Positions 10,539-22,740 of a stretch of 64,000 nt of DNA are shown piece by piece. Origin of the DNA: Mobula hypostoma (taxonomy: Eukaryota); assembly GCF_963921235.1 (NCBI RefSeq), contig NC_086109.1, positions 28,088,001 to 28,152,000 on the forward strand, given 5' to 3'. The first letter of the stretch is position 1; each line of letters opens with the position of its first letter. Below the pieces are notes generated by a model. It saw only the letters and a list, made by a program, of their open reading frames with translations, had not been told where the DNA came from and did not search any database. The translations under genes and the position numbers were made by a program.

Positions 10539-12100
10539 ATGGAGGCTGAGGAATTTATAAAGGTGCCAACCTTGGAGGCATTAGAGGATGCCAGGAAATC
10601 GGAATTGGTAGCAGTGGCCAAACTGTTGAATCTTGCTAAGGGGAAGTCGACAATGAGGAGAGAGGAGATACACAGAGCTATCGTAGAGCACTATGTATCT
10701 AAAGATGTGTTTCCCCAAGGCAAGCTGGGGGTGGTGTCTATTGAAAAATCTGCTGGAGACGCGGTACAGGTACAGCTTGAAAAACTGAGACTCGAGCACG
10801 AGTTCCGGGTACGGCAGTTACAACACGAAGAGAAGCAGTTAGAAAGGCAGGAGAGAGAGTTAGAAAGGCGGGAGAGAGAGAGAGAGAGAGAGAGACAGCT
10901 GGAGCGAGAGGAGAAACAGAAGGAAAGGGAATTCGAGCTGGAGAAGTTAAAGATAAGGGCAGAGCAGGGGCTCGTGCCGAACCAAGGTGGAGGGTTCCGG
11001 GTGAGCCAGGAGGTTAGGCTGGTTCCCCCATTTGACGATACCGACGTGGATCGGTACTTTCTCCATTTTGAAAAAGTTTGCTACAAGTCAGGACTGGCCG
11101 AGGGATAAGTGGGCTGTTTTGCTTCAGAGTGTACTGAAAGGGAAAGCCCAACAAGCTTACTCCGCTTTGTCCGCGGAAGATGCCCAGAGGTACGAGGTGG
11201 TGAAAGAGGCCATCCTCAGGATTTATGAGTTGGTCCCGGAGGCATACCGGCAGAGGTTTCGGAATGCGAGGAAGCAGTGGGACCGCACGTATTTAGAGTT
11301 TGCCCGTGAGATGCAAACATATTGTGAGCGTTGGTGCGCCTCAAAGGGGGTAGAGGGGGATTATGACAGACTGCTACAGCTGATCCTGATTGAGCAGTTT
11401 AAAGGTTGTGTCCCTGAAGGTATGAGACCCTACCTCGATGAGAAAGAGGCAGCCACGTTAGCTGCAACTGCTAAGTTAGCAGATGAGTATGCGTTGACGC
11501 ATAAAATGAAGTTTGCCTCGAGTAAAGGCTACCAGAAGGGACGTCAGGACGGCGGGGAGAGTCCGCCAGAAAAGTCAGTAAGTAAGCTGGGGACTGGTGA
11601 GAAGGATAAGATAGACCGGGAGCAGTCTGGTAGGAAGTCTCCTGGGGTCTTCTGTTATAATTGTGGGAAAGTCGGACACTTTGCGTCCAGGTGCTTTGCC
11701 CCAAAGAAGGAGATGGGAAAAGGAAAAACGGGGGTTCCGACTGGCTGTATTGAGCCGGCAAACCAACCTCCAGGAGAGGGGAGGTCGGATAAGGTTCAGG
11801 AAGGGCGCAAGAGGTTTATCTCGGCCGAATTGGTGTCGGTGAAGGAGGGGTTAAACCCAGTTCCAGTATGGATCTGGAGAGACACGGGAGCTTGTCAGTC
11901 ACTGATCTTGAGGAGCGTTTTAGACTTTAGTTCAGAGACCGAGACTGGGGAGGTCAGCTTGATCAAAGGCATTGGAAAAGGGACGGAAGCCGTGCCTTTG
12001 CACCAGATACACTTATAAAGCAACCTGGTCTCTGGACTAGTCACGATTGGGGTGAGGTCCGAATTACCGATGAAAGGTGTGGAAGTCTTGCTCGGCAATG
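10539..12100 (+). pseudogene. Gag (coiled coil, SCAN-like capsid, CCHC knuckle) plus aspartic protease, disrupted
   Basis: PEAYRQRFR...LILIEQF...LADEY SCAN-like block, CYNCGKVGHFASRC knuckle, RDTGACQSLI protease motif. Frameshift near 11078 and in-frame stop at 12016-12018. Confidence 0.9.
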
Positions 12101-12399
12101 ACCTCGCGGGGGGAATCGTGTTCCCACCTGTGAGATTGACAAGTCAGCCTGCCAGCATAGAGGCCCCGCCCATGGACTCACAGGTTTACCCCGTTTGCGC
12201 AATAACTCGACGGATGTCGAGGAAGGCTGCAAAGGCTGAGATACAGCTAGCTGAGACGTTTCTGCCAGCCTTGTACGAGGAGGGGGTAGAAAGTGAAAAG
12301 GAGCGTGGTGGAACAAGAGGAGGGGAGAGGGCTGAGGCAGACTTAGCATTAGCCAGGATGGACTTTATACAGGCAGAAGAGCGAGACGAGGAGCTGATG

Positions 12400-13620
12400 G
12401 GTTTGGCAGAGACAGCTCTCTCTGACGCAGAATTGAAAAGGGAACCAGTCGGCTATTATGTAAAGGAGGGAGTACTAATGAGGAAATGGAGACCACGTAC
12501 TGTGCCTGCAGATGAGGAGTGGGGAGTTGTACACCATGTGGTAGTGCCGAAAATTTATAGGGTCGAGATTTTTAACCTGGCCCACAAAGTACCCCTCGGT
12601 GGACATTTTGGGGTGAGGAAGACAGTCAACAGAATTATGAAAGAGTTTTACTGGCCGAATATGAGGAAAGATATTGTTGAATATTGTTGAATATTGTAGG
12701 CGATGTCATTTATGTCAGGTGGTGGGAAAACCAAATCAGGTTCTGCCTAAGGTGCCCCTTCGACCAATACCCGCTTTCGGGGAACCTTTTTCTCAAGTAA
12801 TTGTGGATTTTGTTGGTCCCCTGCCCAGAACTGCGAGTGGGCGGGAGTATGTGATGACTATGATGTGCGCCGCCACCAGGATTCCGGAGGCTGTGCCCCT
12901 GGCCACCGTAAAGGCTCCCACAGTGGTAAAGGCGCTTGTGAAATTTTTCACTACTGTGGGGCTGCCCAGGGAAATCCAGTCGGATCAGGGGAGTGTCTTC
13001 ACATCTCACACCTTCCGACGGATGTTGGATGAGATGGGAGCAAAGCAGATTTTGGCCTCCGCGTACCACCCTAAGTCACAAGGGGCGTTGGAACGATTCC
13101 ACGCCACATTAAAGACCTTGATTAAAATTTACTGTCAAGAAAACGCTCGGAGCTGGGATGATGCTTTGCCCCTCCTCTTATTTGCCGTGAGGGACACGGT
13201 TCAAGAGTCATTGGGGTTCAGCCCATTCGAGCTCGTCTTTGGTCATCGGCCTAGAGGACCCCTGACCTTACTAAAAGAGCAATGATCCAGTCCGGCAGTC
13301 CAAGTTAATGTGATTGATTATGTTTTAAAATTTCATGAGAGGCTTGAAAGGATCTGTGACCTTGCAAAAGAAAATCTGCGACACTCCCAGACTAAAATGA
13401 AAAAATGGTATGATAGGCGTGCCCGCGAAAAAGTGTTCCAAGTGGGCGATCGGGTCTTAGTTCTGTTCCCAGTGGTAGCCAACCCCCTCCAGGCAACATT
13501 CCACGGTCCGTACAAGGTAATTAAAAAGATAGACCCTTTGAATTATGTTATCGAAACACCGGACAGGCGCAAACCCACACAGTTGGTACACATTAACATG
13601 TTAAAAGCCTACCACGATCA
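12400..13620 (+). pseudogene. Retrotransposon integrase (H2C2, DDE core, GPY/F), disrupted
   Basis: HKVPLGGHFG...CRRCHLC zinc motif, IVDFVGPLP / IQSDQGS / GALERFH catalytic triad, FHGPYKV. Frameshift from a 10-bp duplication at 12671-12690 and stop at 13283-13285. Confidence 0.92.
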
Positions 13621-13849
13621 GAAAGAAAACCCGGTTGATGTTATCACGGAAATTAATGAGGCGGGGGTGTCGAATGAGACGGGGAAAACCCATCTCGAGA
13701 AGATGAATATGGTGCCGACCAGATTGGAGAACTCTATTGTTCTGGCTAAGTTTGCTGATAAGGTCTCTCACCTAACCCCCGAACAAAGCGGGCCATTAAT
13801 AAAGCTAATTCACCGGCATGCAGATGTATGTCCCGATGCCCTGAGATGA

Positions 13850-15149
13850 TGCAAAGGGATGGTGCATGATGTTGTGGTCACCTCAGACCAGCCTATTAAA
13901 CAACACCCCTATAGGATGAACTTGGAGAAGGGCAAGCTAGTGGAGAAAGAAATCGAACACATGCTAGCCACAGATATTATTAGGCCATCCAAGTCGGAAT
14001 GGGCCTCCCCCTGTGTGGTTGTCCCGAAAGGCGATGGGAGCATCCGATTCTGTACAGATTACAGAAAGGTGAATGCTATCACGAAAACCGATGCTTACTC
14101 CATCCCCAGGGTAGACGATTGCATCGATAAAGTGGGGAGAGCTACGTACATCACCAAGATCGATTTGCTGAAAGGGTACTGGTGTGTGCCTTTAACCGAC
14201 CGGGCTAGAGAAATCTTGGCATTTGTCACTCCCTCCGGTTTATACGAGTATAATGTTCTACCTTTTGGCATGAAAAACGCCCCAGGGACCTTCCAGAGGA
14301 TGATTAATTCAGTAATAAAGGGACTAAGGAACACAGAAGCATATATTGATGATTTGGTGGTCTGGAGTGACACGTGGGAGGAGCACATTGTGGCGGTAGA
14401 GGAGCTATTTAAATGGCTGTCCGAAGCCACCCTGACAGTGAATCTCGCAAGAAGTGAGTTCGGCCACGCGAAGATCACTTATCTAGGATTTGTGGTAGGA
14501 CAGGGGCAGCTGGCTCCGATGCAGGCTAAGGTGCGGGCTATCTTGGAGGTCCCGCCCCCCCCCGATAGACAAGAGAGCTCTGAGAAGGTTCTTGGGGATG
14601 GTGGGATACTATAGGAAATTTTGCAAAAACTTTGCGGATATTTCCCTCCCTCTCACTAAGCTCTTGCCAAAGAATGCGAAGTTTGTATGGAACGACCTTT
14701 GCCAACAAGCCTTCGAGAGTCTGAAGGCGATTCTGTGTCACCATCCTGTGCTAAATGCGCCTGATTTTTCAAAACCCTTCTCCCTAGCAACAGATGCTAG
14801 CGACGAAGCTGCCGGGGCGGTGCTGTTGCAGACAGACAAAGAGGGGGTTGAGCACCCAGTCGCTTACTTCTCCAAGAAATTTAATACCCATCAGAGAAAT
14901 TATTCCACTGTGGAAAAGGAGTTACTGGCCATCATACTAGCATTGCAACATTTTGAAGTTTATATTTGCCCGGCACGAAAACCACTGGTAATTTACACAG
15001 ACCACAACCCTTTAGCGTTTTTGGCCAATATGAAAGATAAAAACAAAAGATTGCTAAGTTGGAGTCTGGTGCTACAGGAATTTGATATCAAAATTACACA
15101 TATAAAAGGGACGGAAAATGTGATTGCTGACTGTCTGTCAAGGTGTTGA
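13850..15149 (+). pseudogene. Reverse transcriptase and RNase H, disrupted
   Basis: RFCTDYRKVN, IDLLKGYW, LPFGMKNAP and YIDD for RT; ATDASD, EKELLAI, YTDHNPL and ENVIADCLSR for RNase H. Preceded by a stop at 13847-13849; frameshift in the C-run near 14551-14563. Confidence 0.93.
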
Positions 15150-15228
15150 CAACTTCAAATTCGCTGTATTAGCCAAATAGCTGATGAAGATGTATATTTG
15201 TGTGTATCTAATAATGTATTCATGTATT

Positions 15229-15442
15229 CCCTAGACGACGATAGAGCTTGATTGATCCTATTATCCTAGTTTCTGTGTACATGTGTGTTTATCATTGCTG
15301 ATCTGTTGTATTCATTATCCTTTTGATCAGAGTACTGTGTTGCTTGTTTCTTTAATAAAACTTTCTTAGTTCTAGTATTCCAGACTCCAACTGAGTGATC
15401 CATTTCTGCTGGTTTGGCAACCCAGTTACGGGGTACGTAACA
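15229..15442 (+). repeat. Truncated 3' LTR (214 bp)
   Basis: Aligns to 5' LTR 10241-10440. The first roughly 650 bp of the LTR and the PPT are absent. Confidence 0.9.
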
Positions 15443-15924
15443 ATAGTTTTTGTTTATTTTTGCCTTATAATTACCATTTATTCCACTTTTTGATCATGGA
15501 TCTTAATTCTCTACATTACTGATTTGTGAAAATTTCAGTCTTAAAACTTAAAACCATTGTGCTGTACACTACAGAAACTAGCCACTCAGTTCATTAAGTT
15601 GACTTCTTTGCCTTCCTACAGTAATCTCATTTGCCAACACAAGATCCATATCCTTCTATCCTTGTCTATTCAAATACTTGTTTGAATTCCTTTTGAACAG
15701 CGACTATTATATTGTATCTGGTTTCATAACCAACATTCTTCAATACAGGCAACATATTGGTGAATCTCCTCTGTACTCTCTCTCCAGTGCAACCATATCC
15801 TTCCTAAAGAGAAAATGCTACAAATATTCAGCAGATTGGGCTGCATCTATGGGAAGAAAAGTAGAGTTAATTTTTCAGGTCAAAGATCATTCACTAGAAT
15901 TGGAGGGAGTTCAACTGAGTTAAA

Positions 15925-16050
15925 ACTGAAAGGGTTTCGGTCCGAAATGTCGACTGTAGTTTTTTTCCATAGATGCTGTCTGGCCTTCTGAGTTCCTTCA
16001 GCATTTCGTGTGTGTTGCTCAAATTTCCAGCATCTGCAGGTTTGCTCTAG
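15925..16050 (+). mobile_element. Short Penelope terminal-repeat fragment with truncated hammerhead motif
   Basis: AGGGTTTCGGTCCGAAATGTCGACTG...GATGCTGTCTGGCC is similar to the other copies. Confidence 0.65.
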
Positions 16051-17784
16051 TTTTTAAAACCGGAGATGTCTAGGTACATCTGATAATGTGAAGAATATTA
16101 ACACAGAAACAAAATACTGGAGATAATTCTGTGATTATTGGTCATTTTCAAGAAGAATTTATCAGAGATAATGTAGAGTTAAAAGCACAGATGATCCCAA
16201 GTTTGCATATGGTCAATAAATAATTATTTATATAGAAATAAAGGAAAATAATTTGGTGACTCTTGATACGACATGAAATATTTTTGTCTGATTTTCTTGC
16301 AAATGCTAAACTTTGGTCATTATTTACTTCTCATGTGAATAAAGGAAAAACATGCATCAATATTTCTCCTACTGTTAAAGAGATCTTGAGAAGAATATTT
16401 TAATATATAAGTGGGAGCATATTGTAATCCAAGCACTTTTTCTGTAATATAGCCTTCTCTAGCTGCTTTCAATTACTGTAAATCTTGAAAGCCCCCAATA
16501 AACAAATTAATATGATTTATACAAAAGTACCAGGACTTTTTTTTGGATATATTTTCAGGTTGATGAATACTTGTTTAAATAAATATCTCCAAACCAAATA
16601 TTTAACAACTCCATAACATAAAATCAGATGCACTGAATGCATAGACTCCGACATACAATCTGAGGACAACTTTGATGTTTTCTTGATCAGTTTCCAGTTT
16701 TTTAAAGCAGCATTTACAGCCTCCGTGTCTTTCAGTGTTCAACTTGCTGCATTTCAATGAGCCAATATCAAAGGATCAGCCTTGGCTCTTCATGAAGGAA
16801 CAGCATTTAAGGTGGCAGTGTACTGAAACTGTTTATAAACTGAAGTAACAGGCACTGCGGAAATAATGATGACAATAATTAGGTCCCAGTTTTACTTTTT
16901 ACTGGAACAAAATGTTTCTTAAGTATTTCCCTTGGGAATCTCGCTCCTCCCTGAGTGTTAGCCATGAGAGTGAGACACTGTCATTGTGGTTTTCCATTTA
17001 TTTTGGCAAACATGAAACTTATTAACAAAAGCTCATAACTGCTGGTATGTATGTGACATGAATGGGATATTATTTGCACCATGCTGAACCAACAAATCAT
17101 ATGATTTCTCTTCTTGCCCTTGGTTTCAGAATGAAGAAATGTCCTAGCAATCTGAAAATGTGATGAACTTTAGGGTATACTGAATAGTATTTATAAAATC
17201 TTCAAAATAAGAATGAAGGTATCCTCTACACTAAATGGAACAAAATCTTAAGCTACTTTATATCAAAAAAGTTAATAAAATTATTTTTCTTTTAAAAATA
17301 ACCATTTTAACTATTCCTAATTATTCCAAAATAGTCCCTTTTAAAATTATTATTGAGCTAACTATGCTAGAATTTTAAAATTTTAGTTAAAGATATAGTT
17401 GGTGCTGCATCTTTTCAAGTAAAGCCCTCATCAGTTAAACTCCCATGTACTAATTTCTTCAGAATCAATTTAATTCAAAGCCTTGCAATTGGAGAAAGGC
17501 AAGGCTTTCACTGCTTTTGCACTGAAAGTTTACAACCGTTATTTCAGCATTATTTCAACCGTTATCCTCAGCGACAGTTTCTTAAATTTGGCCTCGTCAG
17601 CCAAGATGACATAAAAATACATATCTCTAATTCTTGGGAGCTTTCATTGATCACCAGTAAAGAAAATGTCTGAAACTTTATTTACTTATTTATCCATTCA
17701 TTTATTCATTTGAAATTCAGTGTTGACCAGAGCCTTGTGTCTCAGTGAGCCGTGCCATCCAGCAACCCACCTATTTAACCCTAG

Positions 17785-17990
17785 CTTAAACACAAGAAAA
17801 TTTACAATGACCAATTAGCCTACAAACCAGTCCATCTTTGGAACGTGGGAGGAAACCGGAGCACCTATTTAAACCTGCATGCTCATGGGGACGGATGTGC
17901 AAACTTCTTGTGGAATGCGTTGGAGTTGAACTCTGAACTCTGATGAATTGTAGTAGCATTGTGCGAACTGCTATGTTATCATGGTGCCCA
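17785..17990 (-). mobile_element. V-SINE-like fragment
   Basis: CAATGACCAATTAGCCTAC...TTTGGAACGTGGGAGGAAACCGGAGCACC pattern. Confidence 0.55.
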
Positions 17991-19031
17991 TGGCGTATCT
18001 TTAGAATTGGGAACATTAATATAAAGCCCGAATTTTAACTCACCAGCTTCATCTGTATGGTTTATGTAACTACCCCAGATTTGAACCAGTGGAGAGTTCT
18101 GATATTCCTGTGTGTGGGAGAGGGATTTTGTTTGTTAGAAAGCTATTGTCAGATAGGTATGGCAGTGCAGATTTGAACTAGGAAGAAGCCAGAAGTATCC
18201 TCATGAGGGCAAGGATGCAACCAGATTGTGTTCTGATCAGAACCCTATCTGTATTCCAAAGACTAGGTTAAAACTGAAGGTCACAGAAAGTTTGTGTAAT
18301 CAAAAGAAGTTGGTCATTATGGCTGCCTGCCAAACCAACTTGTACAAGACAGGTTTTAAAATCTGTTTCAGTCCTTTTAAAAGGCTTAGACCTGAAATAT
18401 TAACTCTGTTTCTCTTCCCACAGATGCTGCCAGACCTGCTAAGTGTTCCTAGCACTCTGTTTTTATTTCAGATGACTAGAATCTTAATTACTGGACTTTT
18501 GCTTAAAATCGGCCATTCACTCCCTTGGAGAAATCGTAACTATATAGAACATGCAGCAAATGGAAATCACTAGAATCAATTTTCTTTTCTATGTTTCCTC
18601 CTGGAGGATGAAAATGTAAATAATATGTCAGAATTTTCCATTATAATTTGTGCTGTGAGGCACCTACTGTATGCTAGACAGCATTCCAACAAATGTGACC
18701 TTACCATGGATGGCAACATCACAAGGATTTGAGTGATAGGGCAGACAAAAGAAAATTGAATATTTCAGCTTGTAAGTGAAGCATCTGTGAGATGATTTGA
18801 TGGTTTATCATGGATCATTCTGGAATACTACCCTGAACAATTTATTGAGTTTATAGGTAATCAAAGTAGGAGAGTGACCCTGGATCATTGTTCAATAAGA
18901 TCCTGGTTGATCTTTCCCTGAGCACCACCTCGTGCTGTTTTTTTCCTTAATATCTAAAAATCCATGCATCTCCATCTTTAAATTGCTCACAGACTCAGTC
19001 TCCACAGCTTCCCGGGCAGGAAAATTTAATG

Positions 19032-19111
19032 CAAGGTTTCCCAAACTTTTTTATGCCATGGACCCACACCATTAACCAAAAGGTCCATGCATCCCAGGTT
19101 GGAAACCACTG
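19032..19111. mobile_element. 80-bp hAT-type MITE
   Basis: Imperfect TIRs CAAGGTTTCCCAA / TTGGAAACCACTG. 8-bp TSD ATTTAATG (19024-19031) / ATTTAAAG (19112-19119). Confidence 0.7.
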
Positions 19112-20309
19112 ATTTAAAGATTCACCTCCGTTTCTATGGTGAATCTTTCTTGGGTTTCTTCTCAACTCAGTTGTAAAATGTTCTCAACCTATGATTGGAA
19201 TGTGACTACTGGTTCTAGACTTAATAGCCAGGGAAATATGAACTCCTTGTGTTACCTTGTGCTGTGAAATCTTTTAGGTTTCCATGATATTTCCATCCAT
19301 TTACATTTAAGAGGCCTTTAGACAGATACCGAGCATAAAGGATAAAAGGCATAAAAGGATATAGTCCTAATACAGGCCAATGTGCTAGGTATACAAACAA
19401 AAAAGGGGTTACTTCTGTGCTTGTGACTCTCCAACTCTATGAATTATCCTTCAAATGTTAGCAAGCATAGGGCCAGATATCTCCATGCAGAAGGTAAACA
19501 AAGGACTTCCAAATGGAGAAGTAAAGAGCAAAATTCCAGAAGCAGTTGTGCACAGTAATGATGGACACAGTCGGCTCTTTCTGGTTGGATAAATTAAAAA
19601 AAATGAACAGCCTGGACATAACATCTATAATATACTATGATCCCACGTTGGTTTGCTGCACTAGTTGATCACATGTGATAAATGGAGCTGAACTCTTACT
19701 GCATTTTTTGGCTTCACTTTCAACCAGAGGATAATGTAATTGTTGATGAGAGTTTAAAATATAAAAGATTATTAAAACATATTCACAACTGAATCAATTT
19801 TTTTCAATTCCTTGGAGTATATTTATTGGTAGTTGAAATGTATGCAAAATGTCTTCATAGAATATTTGTGTTAATGAATGGGAGGCATTAGCTCCAGTTA
19901 ATACCACCATGTAAATTCAGAGAATCATTTATTTTTATTAGGTCTGTCCCACAAAGAGCTCAATGATTATTAATTATTATATTCGCATGTTCTGGGTTAA
20001 ATTGTATTTGGAAAATGCAGACGTAATGATCATTATTGGTATTACATTGCTGCCAATGGCAAAATGTTGATGTGCATGCAATAAAGTCACTTAACAGTGA
20101 CATAATTTCAATATCAGTGATTTTATGCAGATGGACAGCATGCTCAACTTAGGCCATTCAATACAACTGGAGGATGATAACAGATAAATAACTGGTTGTG
20201 GAAGTAAACACATCATCAAACAGCCGTAGATTAACTTAACAAATTACAGTATATATCAAGAATGGTGGTTTACCTTACAATGTAAATACTAGGAACAGGA
20301 ATTGGATTT

Positions 20310-20660
20310 TGGCCCTTCTCTTTTCATTCGTTCTTAAGTTGTCTGGTCACTTCTGCTATAATCCTATCCACAGTAAAACTTCCAGACTCTATAAATTTTT
20401 TAAAAATGAAAACCAGTGTCTCTATAGTCACCTTCCTTAAATCTCTGGGATGTAGATTATCAGATGTTTGGGACTTATCAGCTTTTAGCCTCACCAACTC
20501 TTGTACCTTTTTAAAATTAACATTTATTTCCTTCAGTTCATCATTCCCACCAGATCCTTGGGTATTCTCTGGTGTTTCTAATGTTTTACTTTGTATAGGC
20601 ATAAAACAGTCATTTCCTTTCCCCCAATGATAAATTCTCCTGTCGCTGTCTGAAAAGACC
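20310..20660 (-). mobile_element. Old CR1 LINE ORF2 fragment
   Basis: LKADKSQTSDNLHPRDLRKV...LVFIFKKFIESG resembles the CR1 KSPGPDGLHPRVLKE region. Confidence 0.65.
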
Positions 20661-21385
20661 TGAATTTACTCTTTTCTTTCGATAAATCCATGAAAGGTCT
20701 TGGTTCTTCTTGCTGAATTCTGAAGCATTCTCAATCTTCATATTTTCTGTTAATTCTGGCAACTTTAGAAATTACGTTGACAGTTTTACCTCCAGTTTGT
20801 TTCTACATGGTCTAACGATAACAATAAATAAATGGTTCAGATAAAATAATTTGCAGAACAACCAGGACTGACAATAAATTGATTAACCAGGGTAAACTAT
20901 TGAAATACTTTATACTTTATTGTCGCCAAACAATTGATACTAAAATGTACAATCTTCACAGCGATATTTGATTCTGCGCTTCCCACTCCCTGGATTACAA
21001 ATATTAAATATTAAAAATAGTAAAAATTAGTAAATATTAAACATTTAAATTATAAATCATAAATAGAAAAATAAATATTGAGTGGTGAAGTAACTACAAT
21101 TGTGGAAATGGAAATGAAACATTCAGCTTGATGGGGAATGTCATCACAGTGGCTCCTTGCATTTTGTTGCATGTATAAGATTACAAGCACAAGATGGCAC
21201 CAGTGATCTGCTGTATAGCAAAGTGTCAGTGTATTGGCAAAGTGCAAGAACTGTTGCTATTATGGTTCAGATGTTCATTCTCCACACAAATCCATGGATG
21301 ATGACTTGTAAAGAGCTGGGTGTTGAAATTTATCTTTCATGAAAGAGTAGAATACATGGTAGCTGCCCATGTCAGGCATCCTGAT

Positions 21386-22233
21386 TTTTTTTTATATGAG
21401 TTTCTACATTGGAACAAAGAAAAACCCCACCAACAAAAAGGAGATTTACACAGTGCAAAACCAACGTGTCTGATGTACAATTCATAACAGTAAAGAAAAA
21501 GCACCTAAAATAAAATCATATAAAGTTAGTTTCCACCCCCCCCACTACGCACTCCAAGCCAACCATTATGATATAAAGAAAAGTTAATCAGAGCTTCTGT
21601 CACCACAGAGCTGTGAATATAAAAAAAGTGTATTGCCTACTACCTAAACTATAATATATTTCATACCATTAAAAAAATCATAAAGGTTAACCTGAAAAGA
21701 AAACTGTATGTAAGGGACTAAATCACTGAAAGAAAAAGGAAGATAATCCTTTAATCTAAAGAGAAGTTATGAAAAAAATCAAGAAAAGGTCCCCACACAT
21801 TATGGAATTTTATGTCCGAATTAAGAAGTGAATAATGAATCTTTTCAAGGTCTAAGCAGGACATAATGTCTCTAAGCCATTGAGCATAAGTGGGTGGAGC
21901 AACATCTTTCCACCTAAGAAGAACTAAACGTCTAGCCAAAAGAGAGGCAACGATAATGTTCGCCGTTTAGTGGGACTCAGACATGTGTCAGTTTCACCCA
22001 AAGTGCCAAAAAGAGCAATCAAAGGGTTAGGTTCTAAGTGGCAATTAAGGATATGGGATAAATTTAAAAAGACATCGCTCCAAAATTTCTCCAAACTAGG
22101 ACAAGCCCAATACATGTGGATAAGAGAAGCCTTGCCCACTATACACTTGTCACAAACGGGACTAATATCAGAACAGAACCGTGATAGTTTGGCCTTAGAC
22201 ATGTGAGCCCTATGTACAACCTTGAACTGCAAA
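21386..22233 (-). mobile_element. 5'-truncated L1-clade LINE with 12-bp TSD
   Basis: QFKVVHRAHMSK...CDKC...SLIHMYWACP is the L1 ORF2 C-terminal cysteine-rich domain. Poly-T at the left end. AGGCATCCTGAT at 21374-21385 and 22234-22245. Confidence 0.88.
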
Positions 22234-22740
22234 AGGCATCCTGATATGTTAAATTGGTGGCCATTTCGTATATATACGTTTGTAAAAATCCCTACTGGGA
22301 CTTGGGATTTAAAGCCATTGAAAAGACATAAATTACTTAAAATATCTGAACATGAATACTTTGAATTTCTGCTGAATGCTTCTTACAATAGCATCTTGTG
22401 CGTGGGGGGTAGAGGGACACTTGTTGGGTCAGTGGCTTCTCCAAGAATCAGTAAGGTATTAAGGGCCTCTGCTTGTGTATTTATGCAGACTATTTGTGTG
22501 AATAACAAGCCAAGCCAAAAGACAGCTTCTAACCCACTGTTATCAGACTCCTGAATAGACCTCTTGTATGATAAGAAGAGCTCCTAGCCTCGCAATCTAC
22601 ATTGTTATGAATGAGCACTACACTCTTTTGGTAGCTTTTCACTTTATTCTGCATTGTTATTTTACCTCATTCTGGCTCAATGCACAGAGTAATGATTTGA
22701 TCTGTAAAACAGTCAGCCAGACAAGATTTTATTCGTATCT

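Larger units (their letters stand above)
9593..15442 (+). mobile_element. Gmr1-like Ty3/Gypsy LTR retrotransposon (integrase upstream of RT), decayed
   Basis: TG...CA termini, 4-bp TSD ATAG (9589-9592 / 15443-15446), matching LTR ends, tRNA-Pro PBS, and domains in the order gag-PR-IN-RT-RH. Confidence 0.95.

Noticed and set aside
10539..15149. Intact gag-pol or a domesticated host gene such as a SCAN protein
   Set aside because: Multiple stops and frameshifts within an LTR- and TSD-bounded element indicate a decayed transposon.
16815..16850. Imperfect hairpin around GTTTATAAAC as a possible pre-miRNA
   Set aside because: The stem is too short and bulged, and I recognised no known miRNA sequence.
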